A DNA stretch of 30,507 nucleotides, from contig DASVHS010000314.1 in assembly GCA_036382495.1 (NCBI GenBank), forward strand, positions 1 through 30,507. Direction: 5' to 3'. The notes beneath the pieces are model-generated. The model searched no databases. It was not told where the DNA came from and was given only the letters and a program-made list of their open reading frames with translations. The stretch comes from Thermoanaerobaculia bacterium (GTDB taxonomy: Bacteria; Acidobacteriota; Thermoanaerobaculia; Gp7-AA8). Of the stretch, positions 1 through 9,167 are shown in pieces (the first letter of the stretch is position 1; each line of letters opens with the position of its first letter). The position numbers were made by a program, and so were the translations under genes.

Positions 1-244
1 CGGCGGCCCATCCGGAATCATTCGCTTCGATCTGTTCGATCGTGCCGGCCACTTCGGCGCCGGTGATGATCGGCAGCGGGAACTTGTGTCCGGGAACGCC
101 GCGGCGCACCCACACGTCGAGATGATTGAGAGCAACGGCGCGGACACGAACGATCGCGAATCCGGCGCGCGGCTGCGGATCAGGGACTTCCGTCAGTTCG
201 AGATGGTCGGGGCCGCCGTGTTCGCGAATGAGAGCTGCTTTCAT
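1..244 (-). CDS. MDR-family (zinc-binding alcohol dehydrogenase / quinone oxidoreductase) protein, N-terminal part; runs off the window edge
   Basis: Manual translation from ATG at 244: MKAALIREHGGPDHLELTEVPDPQPRAGFAIVRVRAVALNHLDVWVRRGVPGHKFPLPIITGAEVAG..., a typical MDR N-terminus. Absent from the ORF track because there is no stop inside the window. Confidence 0.9.
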   Translation of the reverse strand, partial: MKAALIREHGGPDHLELTEVPDPQPRAGFAIVRVRAVALNHLDVWVRRGVPGHKFPLPIITGAEVAGTIEQIEANDSGWAA

Positions 245-259
245 GAAGCGACATTAAAC

Positions 260-366
260 CAGAGGGCAGAGGGCAGAGCGCAGAGGGCAGAGAGCAGAGG
301 GCTTAGGGCAGAGCGGAGACCGGTGCCTTATCTTCTGCGCTCTGCCCTCTGCCCTCCGCGCTCTGG
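260..366. repeat. Palindromic heptamer element, CAGAGSG family (8 units, spacer, reverse-complement units)
   Basis: cagaggg/cagagcg/cagagag units at 260-315; ctctg-containing inverse units at about 333-366. Confidence 0.95.
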
Positions 367-396
367 GTCCGGGCCCTCTGACTACAATGATCACCC

Positions 397-621
397 ATGG
401 CCCGTCGCCTCTGCGCCGTTCTCGCGATTTTCGCGCTCGTCATCCTCGCCCTCGTGCTGATGTGGCACGTCTATCTGCACCATCGCGCCGGCGGCGGTGA
501 GGACGATGGGCCGGGCGTGATCGCTCAGCTGTCACACAAGAATTGTCAGCGAACGGTTCGGATGAAGAACCGCACCTTGCTGCCCTTCAACTCGGCCGGT
601 GCCGTCACGGTTCGTGCGTAA
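397..621 (+). CDS. Putative small single-pass membrane protein
   Basis: Hydrophobic N-terminus (LCAVLAIFALVILALVLMW). TACAAT at 383-388 lies 8 nt before the ATG, the same pattern as real genes here. The 3' end overlaps the convergent gene by 76 bp. Confidence 0.45.
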   Translation: MARRLCAVLAIFALVILALVLMWHVYLHHRAGGGEDDGPGVIAQLSHKNCQRTVRMKNRTLLPFNSAGAVTVRA

Positions 622-1775
622 ACCACGCTGACCAGCACGTCGAAGTCGCGGACGGTGATCGCCATCTCCGATCCGAGGCCGGCGTCGACGACGGCGCCGT
701 TGCTCTTGACGAGCTGGTTGTACTTGAATCCGACGGTACCGGCGCCGAGATAGCCGATGCCGTACATCGTGTTCCAGTGCATCTGCCACATCCGGTAGTC
801 GCGGTTTCGAAAGACCGGCACGAAGAATTCGTTCGTCAGATGGATCTCGTGTGTGCCGTCCGACGTCGTGTCGTTGACGGCTTTCAGTGCCTCGCGTCCG
901 CCGAGCTGAAACATCTCGTAACGCGGGATGCTGTACCGCTCGTCTTCGGCAAGAGCCGGGTTCTGCGCCTCGCTCACGCGGGTCGAACCGGCGAACATAC
1001 CGAAGTGGAGTCGCGAGAAGATGAATGATGTCGCGGTGATGTCGGTGCGGTGCAGTCCTTCCGCTTCGAGCTTCGTGTAGTGGTAGTCGCCGGTCGAGAC
1101 TTTAACCGACTCGGTGATCGCCGCCGCGAGTCCGGTCTTCTGTGGACCGATGTCGCGGAACGCAGTCAGAACGGGTGTGATCCGGCCGCGCGACTCGCCG
1201 ACGATCCCGTTGAGCCGTTCATCGAACTGTGTGCCGAACTGATAGCCGACCTTCGTGTAGGTGTTGTTCTTCTTGTTGTCGACGTTGGTCGCGTTGCCGA
1301 ACGTGAGCCGGTCGTCCTGGATGAGCCAGAAATACCGTTTGTTGTAATCGCGTGGGAATCCGAAAAGCAGAAGGCCGCCGCGCACGCGCTCGAATTCGGA
1401 CGTCTTGGCCCCGCTGCTCGACTTGCCGACATCCTGGAAGTTGATTTGGTCGAAGACGCCGATCCGGTACGTGAAGTTCTTCGCGTAGTACTTGTAGCGG
1501 AGGAACGTGCTGATGTCGCCGGTGACGAACTTGTAGTCGATCTGGCTCTCGAACAACACGTTCCGGATCAGCTTCCTCAGCCGGATCGAAGCCGATCCCT
1601 CAGGCAGGTAAACATTCAGGCTGGGAAGCGTGTCGCGCCGCTCATAGCCGCCGGCGCTGTCCGACAGGATGGGAGGCGCGGCGGGCGGAGGGGGCGGTGG
1701 TTCCGGAGTCTGGCCGAAAATCGCTACGGTACAAAGCGAAGCGGCGAGCCCCGCCGTGACGGTCAGAATGCGCAT
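546..1775 (-). CDS. Outer-membrane beta-barrel protein, Omp85/surface-antigen-like, with no evident POTRA domains
   Basis: Signal peptide MRILTVTAGLAASLCTVAIFG, poly-Pro linker, alternating aromatic beta-strands, and an L6-like segment FQLGGREALKAV. Start moved from 1796 to ATG 1775. Confidence 0.65.
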   Translation of the reverse strand: MRILTVTAGLAASLCTVAIFGQTPEPPPPPPAAPPILSDSAGGYERRDTLPSLNVYLPEGSASIRLRKLIRNVLFESQIDYKFVTGDISTFLRYKYYAKNFTYRIGVFDQINFQDVGKSSSGAKTSEFERVRGGLLLFGFPRDYNKRYFWLIQDDRLTFGNATNVDNKKNNTYTKVGYQFGTQFDERLNGIVGESRGRITPVLTAFRDIGPQKTGLAAAITESVKVSTGDYHYTKLEAEGLHRTDITATSFIFSRLHFGMFAGSTRVSEAQNPALAEDERYSIPRYEMFQLGGREALKAVNDTTSDGTHEIHLTNEFFVPVFRNRDYRMWQMHWNTMYGIGYLGAGTVGFKYNQLVKSNGAVVDAGLGSEMAITVRDFDVLVSVVYARTVTAPAELKGSKVRFFIRTVR

Positions 1776-1877
1776 GGACCTGTCGTAAATGTACATTAGG
1801 AAAGGATGATACTCGCTGACTCAACGTATGATAAACTTCAAGGCCTGAAGTGTTTACGCGAACAAGTGACCGTGGCT

Positions 1878-1895
1878 CTGGCACACGTTTTGTAA
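1878..1895 (+). promoter_or_regulatory. Sigma-54-like promoter upstream of the OmpA-domain gene
   Basis: TGGCAC-acgtt-TTGTA against consensus TGGCAC-N5-TTGCW; one mismatch at the -12 C. Confidence 0.4.
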
Positions 1896-1952
1896 TGCGC
1901 CGGGGATTATAGCTGCGGACGGTGACCGTGCGAAGCTTTTAGGAGGTGTGAC

Positions 1953-3410
1953 TTGTTGCGTCTCAAGAGTTGGCTGCTTCTTTCTCTTTGTTTCCTGATC
2001 GTCGCCCCGGTGGTACAGGCCCAGATGGGCATGACGACGACGATCACGCGGGATCAACAGCTCGGACTTGTCGCTCCGAGCGCGAGCGGCCAGACGGGGT
2101 TGTTCGAGACCGTTACCGCCGATACCCTGCATCGCGGCGATCTTTCGCTCGGCGTGTATTACAACGGGTATCCACTGCTGGCCGGAGGAGCCCGCGATTT
2201 TGCTCCGCTTTCCGCGAGGCGTTATCGCGACATGGGCTACGACCTCTACCGGTTGAGCGCATCCGTCGGCTATGGCCTCAGCGATCGCTGGGAAGTCAGC
2301 GCGATGTTGCCGTGGGACCGTCTGGTGCAGAACGGCAACGACCGCGTTGGCTTCATCAACGGCTGGTTCTACCAGGGTAAGTTCACCGACAGCGGAGTCG
2401 GCGACGTTCACCTGGCGACGAAAGTCGCGTTCAGTCCGTCGACCGCCCCCACTCGGTTCGCGCTCTCGCTGTTCGCCGATCTTCCGACCGGTAACAACAA
2501 GAGCGGCATCTCGACAGGCAGCAGTCTGTTCGGAATCGGCGGTCACTGGACCCACGGCATCGGCACCCTGTCCGCTTCCTACGCGATCACCGGTGATCGC
2601 TCCGGCAGCAGCAGCAACTTCCCCGGCTCGCCCGGCACCACGGTCCAGGCTCCGAACATTGCCAGCATCGACGGTGGTCTCAACGTCCCGCTGCACATGT
2701 GGAGCACCACGAACTGGATCAGTGAACTGAATACGAAGTTTTATCAGGGCGGCGACCGGAACCCGAAGGCGCCGATCAACCTGGTCACCGGTATCCGTCA
2801 CTGGTTCGGAACCAGCGGCTGGGCGCTCAACGCCGGCATTCGCTGGAACGCCGCGAAATTCAGCTACGACCATTCCGACTGCCGCATCACCGAGCTCGAT
2901 GACTGCGGTCTCGCCGGACTCGTCGGCCTGACATTCGCGCCGATGCATCTCGCTTCCATGGCTCCGATGGCGCCGCCGCCGCCGGCTCCGATTCCGCCGC
3001 CGCCGGCTCCTGCGCCGCCGCCAGTTCCGCCGCCGGCACCGCCGGTCGCACCGCCTCACCAGCCGCAGACCCTGCGCACGGACGAGATTCACTTCGAGCC
3101 GGGCTCAGCGCGCTTGACGAACATCGCCAAAGCGATCCTCGACGACATCGCCCTGCGCATGAAGCAGGAACCGTCGTCGACGGCACTCGTCATCGGCTAC
3201 ACCGACAATCGTGAGAACACGGGACCGAACACCGATCTCGATCGCCGCCGCGCCGAAGCGGTGCGTGACTACCTCGTCAGCCGTCACGGCATCGACGCGT
3301 CCCGCATCACCGTGGAAGGCCGCGACGCTCGCGAGCCGGTTGCCGACAACGCAACGGCGGAAGGCAGACTGCGCAATCGTCGCGTCGTCATCCAGCTCAT
3401 CCAGCCGTAA
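1953..3410 (+). CDS. OmpA-family protein: N-terminal beta-barrel, Pro-rich linker, C-terminal OmpA peptidoglycan-binding domain
   Basis: AGGAGG before the TTG start; signal peptide; PPPP linker; IHFEPGSARL...IGYTD...DRRRAEAVRDYLV...NRRV. Confidence 0.92.
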   Translation: MLRLKSWLLLSLCFLIVAPVVQAQMGMTTTITRDQQLGLVAPSASGQTGLFETVTADTLHRGDLSLGVYYNGYPLLAGGARDFAPLSARRYRDMGYDLYRLSASVGYGLSDRWEVSAMLPWDRLVQNGNDRVGFINGWFYQGKFTDSGVGDVHLATKVAFSPSTAPTRFALSLFADLPTGNNKSGISTGSSLFGIGGHWTHGIGTLSASYAITGDRSGSSSNFPGSPGTTVQAPNIASIDGGLNVPLHMWSTTNWISELNTKFYQGGDRNPKAPINLVTGIRHWFGTSGWALNAGIRWNAAKFSYDHSDCRITELDDCGLAGLVGLTFAPMHLASMAPMAPPPPAPIPPPPAPAPPPVPPPAPPVAPPHQPQTLRTDEIHFEPGSARLTNIAKAILDDIALRMKQEPSSTALVIGYTDNRENTGPNTDLDRRRAEAVRDYLVSRHGIDASRITVEGRDAREPVADNATAEGRLRNRRVVIQLIQP

Positions 3411-3433
3411 CGCATTCCATTCGCAATTGCATG

Positions 3434-3465
3434 AAAGCCCCCGGAGCTCCGGGGGCTTTTCTTTT
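3434..3465 (+). terminator. Intrinsic terminator
   Basis: Perfect 26-bp palindrome aaagcccccggag|ctccgggggcttt followed by tctttt. Confidence 0.9.
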
Positions 3466-3481
3466 GCACAAAGCTGACTTC

Positions 3482-5707
3482 ATGAGTCGTCTGTCCCTGG
3501 CAGTTCTTGCTCTCGCTCTCGCCGCGTGCGCGAGCGCGCCTCCGCAGAAAAGTGGACGACTGGCGCCCCCGCCTGTCCGGACGGTTCCGCCAGTGCAGAC
3601 AGGCCAGGCGCCTGTCCTCCACCGTCTCACGCCAGTGGCCACGGCAGCGCGCACGATCGCCGAGCCACGCATCCGCGTCGGACTCCTGAGCGATCAGCCC
3701 GAGATGGAGTTCGAGCGCGTTCCCGGCGGGTACTACATCGTCAGCGACGCCGGCCCGTCGATCATCAATCGTGGATTCACGGCGAACCCGCCGCTCGCCG
3801 AAGCCGAAGTGCGGTATGCCGTGCAGGTGAGCGCGATCTCCGACATGAACAGCGTCGACGCGCTCGTTCAGAAACTTCATCAGGACACGAAGCAGCCGGT
3901 CGACACGATGTTCGACGCTGCGTCGGGAATCTATCGGGTGATCGTCGGAGACTTTCGCGATCAGCAATCGGCAACGCCACTCAAGGCCGATCTGGCCGCG
4001 CGCGGCTACGCCGGGACGCTCCCCGTCGTCCGTCGTCCCTCCGATCAGCCGTTCGAAAAATTGCACCGCATCGTCGACGATGAAGGCGACAGCTACACGA
4101 TCCGCGGCGACTCGATCCTGATCATGCCCGTGTCCGCCGACACGATCACGATCGGGGACAAGCCGTATCGCACCGCCGCGCGGCTTTTCATCAACTCACG
4201 CGGTCTCTACAACGTCATCAACGAATTGAACATCGAGGACTACCTCCTCGGCGTCGTGCCGGCGGAGATGGGTCCGAAAATATTCGACGAGGTCGAGGCG
4301 CTGAAGGCCCAGGCCGTCGCGGCACGAACGTACGCCGCACGCAACATGCGCGGCTTCATCAACGAAGGCTACGACATCTGTCCCGGCCCGGCTTGTCAGG
4401 CCTACAACGGTTTCTCCGGTGAGGACGATCTCAGCACGCAGGCCGTGAAGGCGACCGCGGGCCAGGTCCTCACGTACCAGGGCAAATTGATCGACGCCCT
4501 GTACACGTCGACGTGCGGCGGCGAGACGAGCGATGTCGGCACGATGTTCCCCGGCCGCACCGATCCGTATCTCAAGCGCGCACGCTGCGTCGAGCTCGAC
4601 ATGGTCACGATCGCGGGACGCGCCGACAGCGGCATCCTCACCGAGCAGCAGGCGAGCGCGCGTATGTTCGCGACGCTTGCCAGTCTCCCCGAGCAGCCGG
4701 TGAGCTGGGCCGCGCCCGACGTCGAGCGCGCGGTCCTCGAAGCCCAGCGGCTCCTGGGCGCGCCGGAGACCGACCTTCCGAAGCCGGTCTCCAGCCGGCG
4801 CGGCGACGTGCTGCGCTATCTCGCGTCGCTGCTGCAGCTCGACAAACATGCGCGTGTCACAACGCTGCCCGAAGATCGAAAGTACTTCTTTCCGCAGACG
4901 GCGACGCCGGAACAGCAGGAGTACCTGGCCGCCGCGTTTCTCATGAAGTTCGGCATTCTTCCCGCGCAGGAAATCGATCGCGCCGATCTCAACGCGGCGA
5001 TGCCCCGCGACGAGCTTTACGCGCTGCTCTTTTCCTGGCTGCGCGAGCACACCGCGATCCAGGAGTCGACGGGAAAGATTCTCACGCTGAGCGGCCGGAC
5101 GGTCACGTTGAAGGCGGAAGGAAAGTCACAGAAATTCACACTTCCCGACCGCATCCCGATCTTTCGCCGCCTCGGCGATCGCCTGCAGGAGTACGCGCAG
5201 GTTCCGGTGACGATCGGCGACCGCGCGTTCGTCTACGTCGGCTTCAACAAGGCTTCCCTGGCGATGATCGTCCAGGCGAATCTCGACGGTGCGTCATTCG
5301 ACCGCACGTCGAGCTTCGCGAACTGGACGCGCAGCTATCGCGCCGAAGATCTCGTGCCTGTCATCAATCGGCGGAATCCGATTCAGCAGCTGATCGACAT
5401 CCGTCCGGTGACCGTCGACGCGTCGCAGCGCATCGCCGAGCTCGAAGTCACGGCGGAAGGGGGACGCAAATTCATGTTGCGTGGACTTCCGATCCGCTGG
5501 TCGCTCAACGTCCCGGACAACCTCTTCGTCTACGAGAAGACGAAAGATCCCGACGGAATGGACCGCTACACGTTCTTCGGCAAAGGGTGGGGCCACGGCA
5601 TCGGCTTCTGCCAGGTCGGCTCGTACGGCATGGCGTTCCGCGGCTGGACCTACGATCAGATCCTGAAGCACTACTACACCGGAGTGGAGATCGTGCCGAT
5701 GCGTTAA
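3482..5707 (+). CDS. SpoIID/LytB-domain lipoprotein with a SPOR domain (putative peptidoglycan lytic transglycosylase)
   Basis: Lipobox LAAC; SPOR-like YAVQV...YRVIVGDF; EDYLLGVVPAEM, EALKAQAVAARTY, STCGG and GWGHGIGFCQVG...ILKHYY motifs. Start moved to 3482 because 3431 lies in the terminator. Confidence 0.9.
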   Translation: MSRLSLAVLALALAACASAPPQKSGRLAPPPVRTVPPVQTGQAPVLHRLTPVATAARTIAEPRIRVGLLSDQPEMEFERVPGGYYIVSDAGPSIINRGFTANPPLAEAEVRYAVQVSAISDMNSVDALVQKLHQDTKQPVDTMFDAASGIYRVIVGDFRDQQSATPLKADLAARGYAGTLPVVRRPSDQPFEKLHRIVDDEGDSYTIRGDSILIMPVSADTITIGDKPYRTAARLFINSRGLYNVINELNIEDYLLGVVPAEMGPKIFDEVEALKAQAVAARTYAARNMRGFINEGYDICPGPACQAYNGFSGEDDLSTQAVKATAGQVLTYQGKLIDALYTSTCGGETSDVGTMFPGRTDPYLKRARCVELDMVTIAGRADSGILTEQQASARMFATLASLPEQPVSWAAPDVERAVLEAQRLLGAPETDLPKPVSSRRGDVLRYLASLLQLDKHARVTTLPEDRKYFFPQTATPEQQEYLAAAFLMKFGILPAQEIDRADLNAAMPRDELYALLFSWLREHTAIQESTGKILTLSGRTVTLKAEGKSQKFTLPDRIPIFRRLGDRLQEYAQVPVTIGDRAFVYVGFNKASLAMIVQANLDGASFDRTSSFANWTRSYRAEDLVPVINRRNPIQQLIDIRPVTVDASQRIAELEVTAEGGRKFMLRGLPIRWSLNVPDNLFVYEKTKDPDGMDRYTFFGKGWGHGIGFCQVGSYGMAFRGWTYDQILKHYYTGVEIVPMR

Positions 5708-5784
5708 AACAGAGGGCAGAGCGCAGAGCGCAGATGGACGACTTCAGTCTCCTGCGCTCTGCGCACTGCCCTCCGCGCTCTGTT
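5708..5784. repeat. Palindromic heptamer element, CAGAGSG family, between convergent genes
   Basis: cagaggg cagagcg cagagcg ... cgctctg cgcactg ccctccg cgctctg. Confidence 0.95.
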
Positions 5785-5788
5785 CTTA

Positions 5789-6550
5789 TTAAGGTTCAGC
5801 TCCGAACACGAGCGTTGCCAGCGCCACGGCGACGCGGCGATCGAGCGTCGCATTCGAGGAGAGATCGAGGTAGTCCGCTTCGCCGGCCTGGTCGGGACGG
5901 CGGACGATCACTCCGGACGCGACGCCCTGGTGATAGATGCGGATGTTGGCCTCGCGCGTACGATTGAACTTGCCGATGAACTTCCGGACGATCGCGCGCC
6001 AGAACGATTCTTCGACGGCGAACGCGGCCCCGCGCTGATCGGCGGGCGAGTCGATCGACCAGCTGTTGCGCCCGAGTCGCGACAGTACGTTGCGTCCGAG
6101 GAGAGCGATGGTTGTGCCGTCGGGAGTTTTGACGGCGTACGACGTGCGCGGAAACGCGACACGCGATTGTTGCGTGATCAGCAGCGCGGGAGTCTCGTCT
6201 TCGTACAGCGTCACACGCGTTCGCGGGACGAGCGCGGCGATGAACCCCGAGAAGCCGAAGCCGAGGATGAGTGCGAGAACGGCGGCGCCGGGGTGGTGTT
6301 CGGCGAGGAGGAACAGCGTCGCGGCGATACCCGCAACGAGCACGATGCCGGCGACGAGCGCGGCGACGATCGTGACGATCGAGGCGAAGCCGCGGTAGGT
6401 GAGCAGCACCTGGCCGTCGCTGTCGCGGATGTGCGCCGTCTCGGCCGCGGGCACGCCGCTCTCGAACGAGAACCGCGTGCTGTTGAATGCACGCTGCGGA
6501 TGCGAGGGCTTGTCGGCCGGCGCGGTGATCCTCCGCTCGAGCGGGTCCAC
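5789..6550 (-). CDS. Membrane protein with two TM helices and a LURP-one/scramblase-like C-terminal domain; probably the C-terminal part of the upstream FHA gene
   Basis: Two hydrophobic helices, then a beta-rich region ending LDRRVAVALATLV. The frame stays open upstream to 6664, through the A10 tract. Confidence 0.75.
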   Translation of the reverse strand: MDPLERRITAPADKPSHPQRAFNSTRFSFESGVPAAETAHIRDSDGQVLLTYRGFASIVTIVAALVAGIVLVAGIAATLFLLAEHHPGAAVLALILGFGFSGFIAALVPRTRVTLYEDETPALLITQQSRVAFPRTSYAVKTPDGTTIALLGRNVLSRLGRNSWSIDSPADQRGAAFAVEESFWRAIVRKFIGKFNRTREANIRIYHQGVASGVIVRRPDQAGEADYLDLSSNATLDRRVAVALATLVFGAEP

Positions 6551-6597
6551 TGGATGGAACTCCTCAGTGGGAGGCTCGACAGGCTGGTCGTCAGGAG

Positions 6598-7047
6598 CTA
6601 TTCCGATTTTTTTTTTACGTCGTCGCGAACCTTCTCGTGGGGAAGCGTCTGAGCGGAGACTTTTTCATGCGACGCCGTGGGTAGGTTCTCGACCGGCTGC
6701 TGTGCCGGCGCACCCAGCTCCATTCCTTCGCTTCCGGGCGCGTCCGCCTCTGTCGGTAACTCCTCCGAGAACCGGCCGTAGCTGTTGCCCATGCGCAGTT
6801 TGCCGCCGTGAGTGAGAGGAGCGACGCGGACTCGCTTGCCGTTGATGTAGGTCCCGTTCGCGCTGGCGAGATCGTGGAGGACGAAGAATCCGCGCTCGAA
6901 CACGATCTCGGCGTGGTGGCGCGAAACCTTCGGGTCGCGAAGGATGATGTCGTTGCCGGGGTCCCGGCCGACCGTGAACGGCCGGTGGGTCTGGAGCCTG
7001 TAGCTTTTCTCCGTCCCGTCCAGGCCGACGAAGAAGATCTTCGCCAT
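6598..7047 (-). CDS. FHA-domain protein that ends just after an A10 tract
   Basis: GRDPGND, SRHHAEI and SANGTYING conserved FHA motifs; TAGAAT 9 nt upstream of the ATG. Confidence 0.92.
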   Translation of the reverse strand: MAKIFFVGLDGTEKSYRLQTHRPFTVGRDPGNDIILRDPKVSRHHAEIVFERGFFVLHDLASANGTYINGKRVRVAPLTHGGKLRMGNSYGRFSEELPTEADAPGSEGMELGAPAQQPVENLPTASHEKVSAQTLPHEKVRDDVKKKSE

Positions 7048-7059
7048 CAGTTCTGAATT

Positions 7060-7470
7060 CTAGCCTACTCGGCCGTCCACGCCTTCGGCGGTCCGCCGTG
7101 GGCGTTGAATGTGCTCGACGAGGTCGTCGATGGAAACCGGCTTTGTCAGCCAGCACTGGACGCGCGAGTCGACCGTGCCCTCCGGCGGCGGGGGCTGGCC
7201 GCTGATCACGATGACGGTGACGTCGTCATCGTGACCGAGCCGCGACAGGACCTCGCCGCCGTCCATGAGCGGCATGAGCCAGTCGAGGAGGATGACATCG
7301 GGCTTCTCGCCGCTCGAGATCCGCTCGACGGCTTCGGCTCCGTTCGCGGCGAGCTTGACCTCGAAGCCACGCTGGTTGAGGCCGATCGCGTAGAGGCGGC
7401 GAACATCGGCGTCGTCCTCGACGATGAGGATTTTGGGCCTGCTCACCCGTGACATTTGTGCAGGTTCCAT
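7060..7470 (-). CDS. Stand-alone response regulator receiver (CheY-like); start uncertain (7470, 7455 or 7446)
   Basis: [19 protein letters not shown] and LTKP motifs. Confidence 0.9.
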   Translation of the reverse strand: MEPAQMSRVSRPKILIVEDDADVRRLYAIGLNQRGFEVKLAANGAEAVERISSGEKPDVILLDWLMPLMDGGEVLSRLGHDDDVTVIVISGQPPPPEGTVDSRVQCWLTKPVSIDDLVEHIQRPRRTAEGVDGRVG

Positions 7471-7511
7471 GCGCAGGAGTCGTGCTATTCTCCCGCGACT
7501 CTCGCGTAGCC

Positions 7512-8048
7512 ATGAACGTTAAGAAACGACTTCTCGATGCGCCACGGATGCACCGCGCCATCCGTCGCATGGCGATCGAGGTCGTCGAGCGCAACCGCGG
7601 GATCAACGACCTCATCATTGTCGGCATTCGCAGCCGTGGTGTTCCGATCGGCGAGCGGATGGCGAAAGAGATCAGTGAGATGGAGGGAGCGCCGGTCCCG
7701 TTCGGCATCCTCGACATCACGCTCTACCGCGACGACCTGACGACAATTGCGCCGCAGCCGGTGGTCAAGCCGACAAAACTTCCCGAGCCGATCGACGACA
7801 AGATCGTCGTGCTCGTCGACGACGTTCTCTACACGGGCCGCACGGTCCGCGCCGCGCTCGACGCGCTCATCGACTTCGGCCGTCCCAAGGCGGTGCAGCT
7901 CGCGGTCCTCATCGACCGCGGCCATCGCGAGCTGCCGATCCACGCCGACGTGATCGGCAAAACCGTTCCCACCGACGCGAACGAAGTGATCAAGGTGAGG
8001 CTGGTGGAGACTGATGGCGAGGATGAAGTTCTCATCATGGAGAAGTAG
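7512..8048 (+). CDS. pyrR: Bifunctional pyrimidine regulatory protein / uracil phosphoribosyltransferase PyrR
   Basis: [28 protein letters not shown] and DRGHRELPI motifs. Start moved to ATG 7512; extended -10 TGcTATTCT at 7483-7491. Confidence 0.96.
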   Translation: MNVKKRLLDAPRMHRAIRRMAIEVVERNRGINDLIIVGIRSRGVPIGERMAKEISEMEGAPVPFGILDITLYRDDLTTIAPQPVVKPTKLPEPIDDKIVVLVDDVLYTGRTVRAALDALIDFGRPKAVQLAVLIDRGHRELPIHADVIGKTVPTDANEVIKVRLVETDGEDEVLIMEK

Positions 8049-8113
8049 TTGCCGGTTACCGGTTACCGGTTGCCCTCGTGGCGACCGGCAACCGGCAACC
8101 GGTAACCGGTAAC
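8048..8113. repeat. Palindromic heptamer element, GTTRCCG family, filling the pyrR-pyrB gap
   Basis: gttgccg gttaccg gttaccg gttgccc ... cggcaac cggcaac cggtaac cggtaac. Confidence 0.95.
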
Positions 8114-8114
8114 G

Positions 8115-9059
<945 letters not shown>

Positions 9060-9066
9060 AGAAGAT

Positions 9067-9158
9067 GAATTTCGAATTTCGAAGTTCGAATTCAGAATGA
9101 AGAAACGAACTGCAAATCAATTCTTCATTCTTCATTCGAAATTCGAACTTCGAAATTC
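9067..9158. repeat. Palindromic heptamer element, AT-rich GAATTTC/GAATGAA family, between pyrB and pyrC
   Basis: gaatttc gaatttc gaagttc gaattca gaatgaa ... ttcattc ttcattc gaaattc gaacttc gaaattc. Confidence 0.95.
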
Positions 9159-9167
9159 TTTGGACTA

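Noticed and set aside
2970-3065. Repetitive ccgccg DNA in the OmpA-domain gene (also near 1675-1705)
   Set aside because: It encodes ordinary Pro-rich linkers and is not an independent repeat element.
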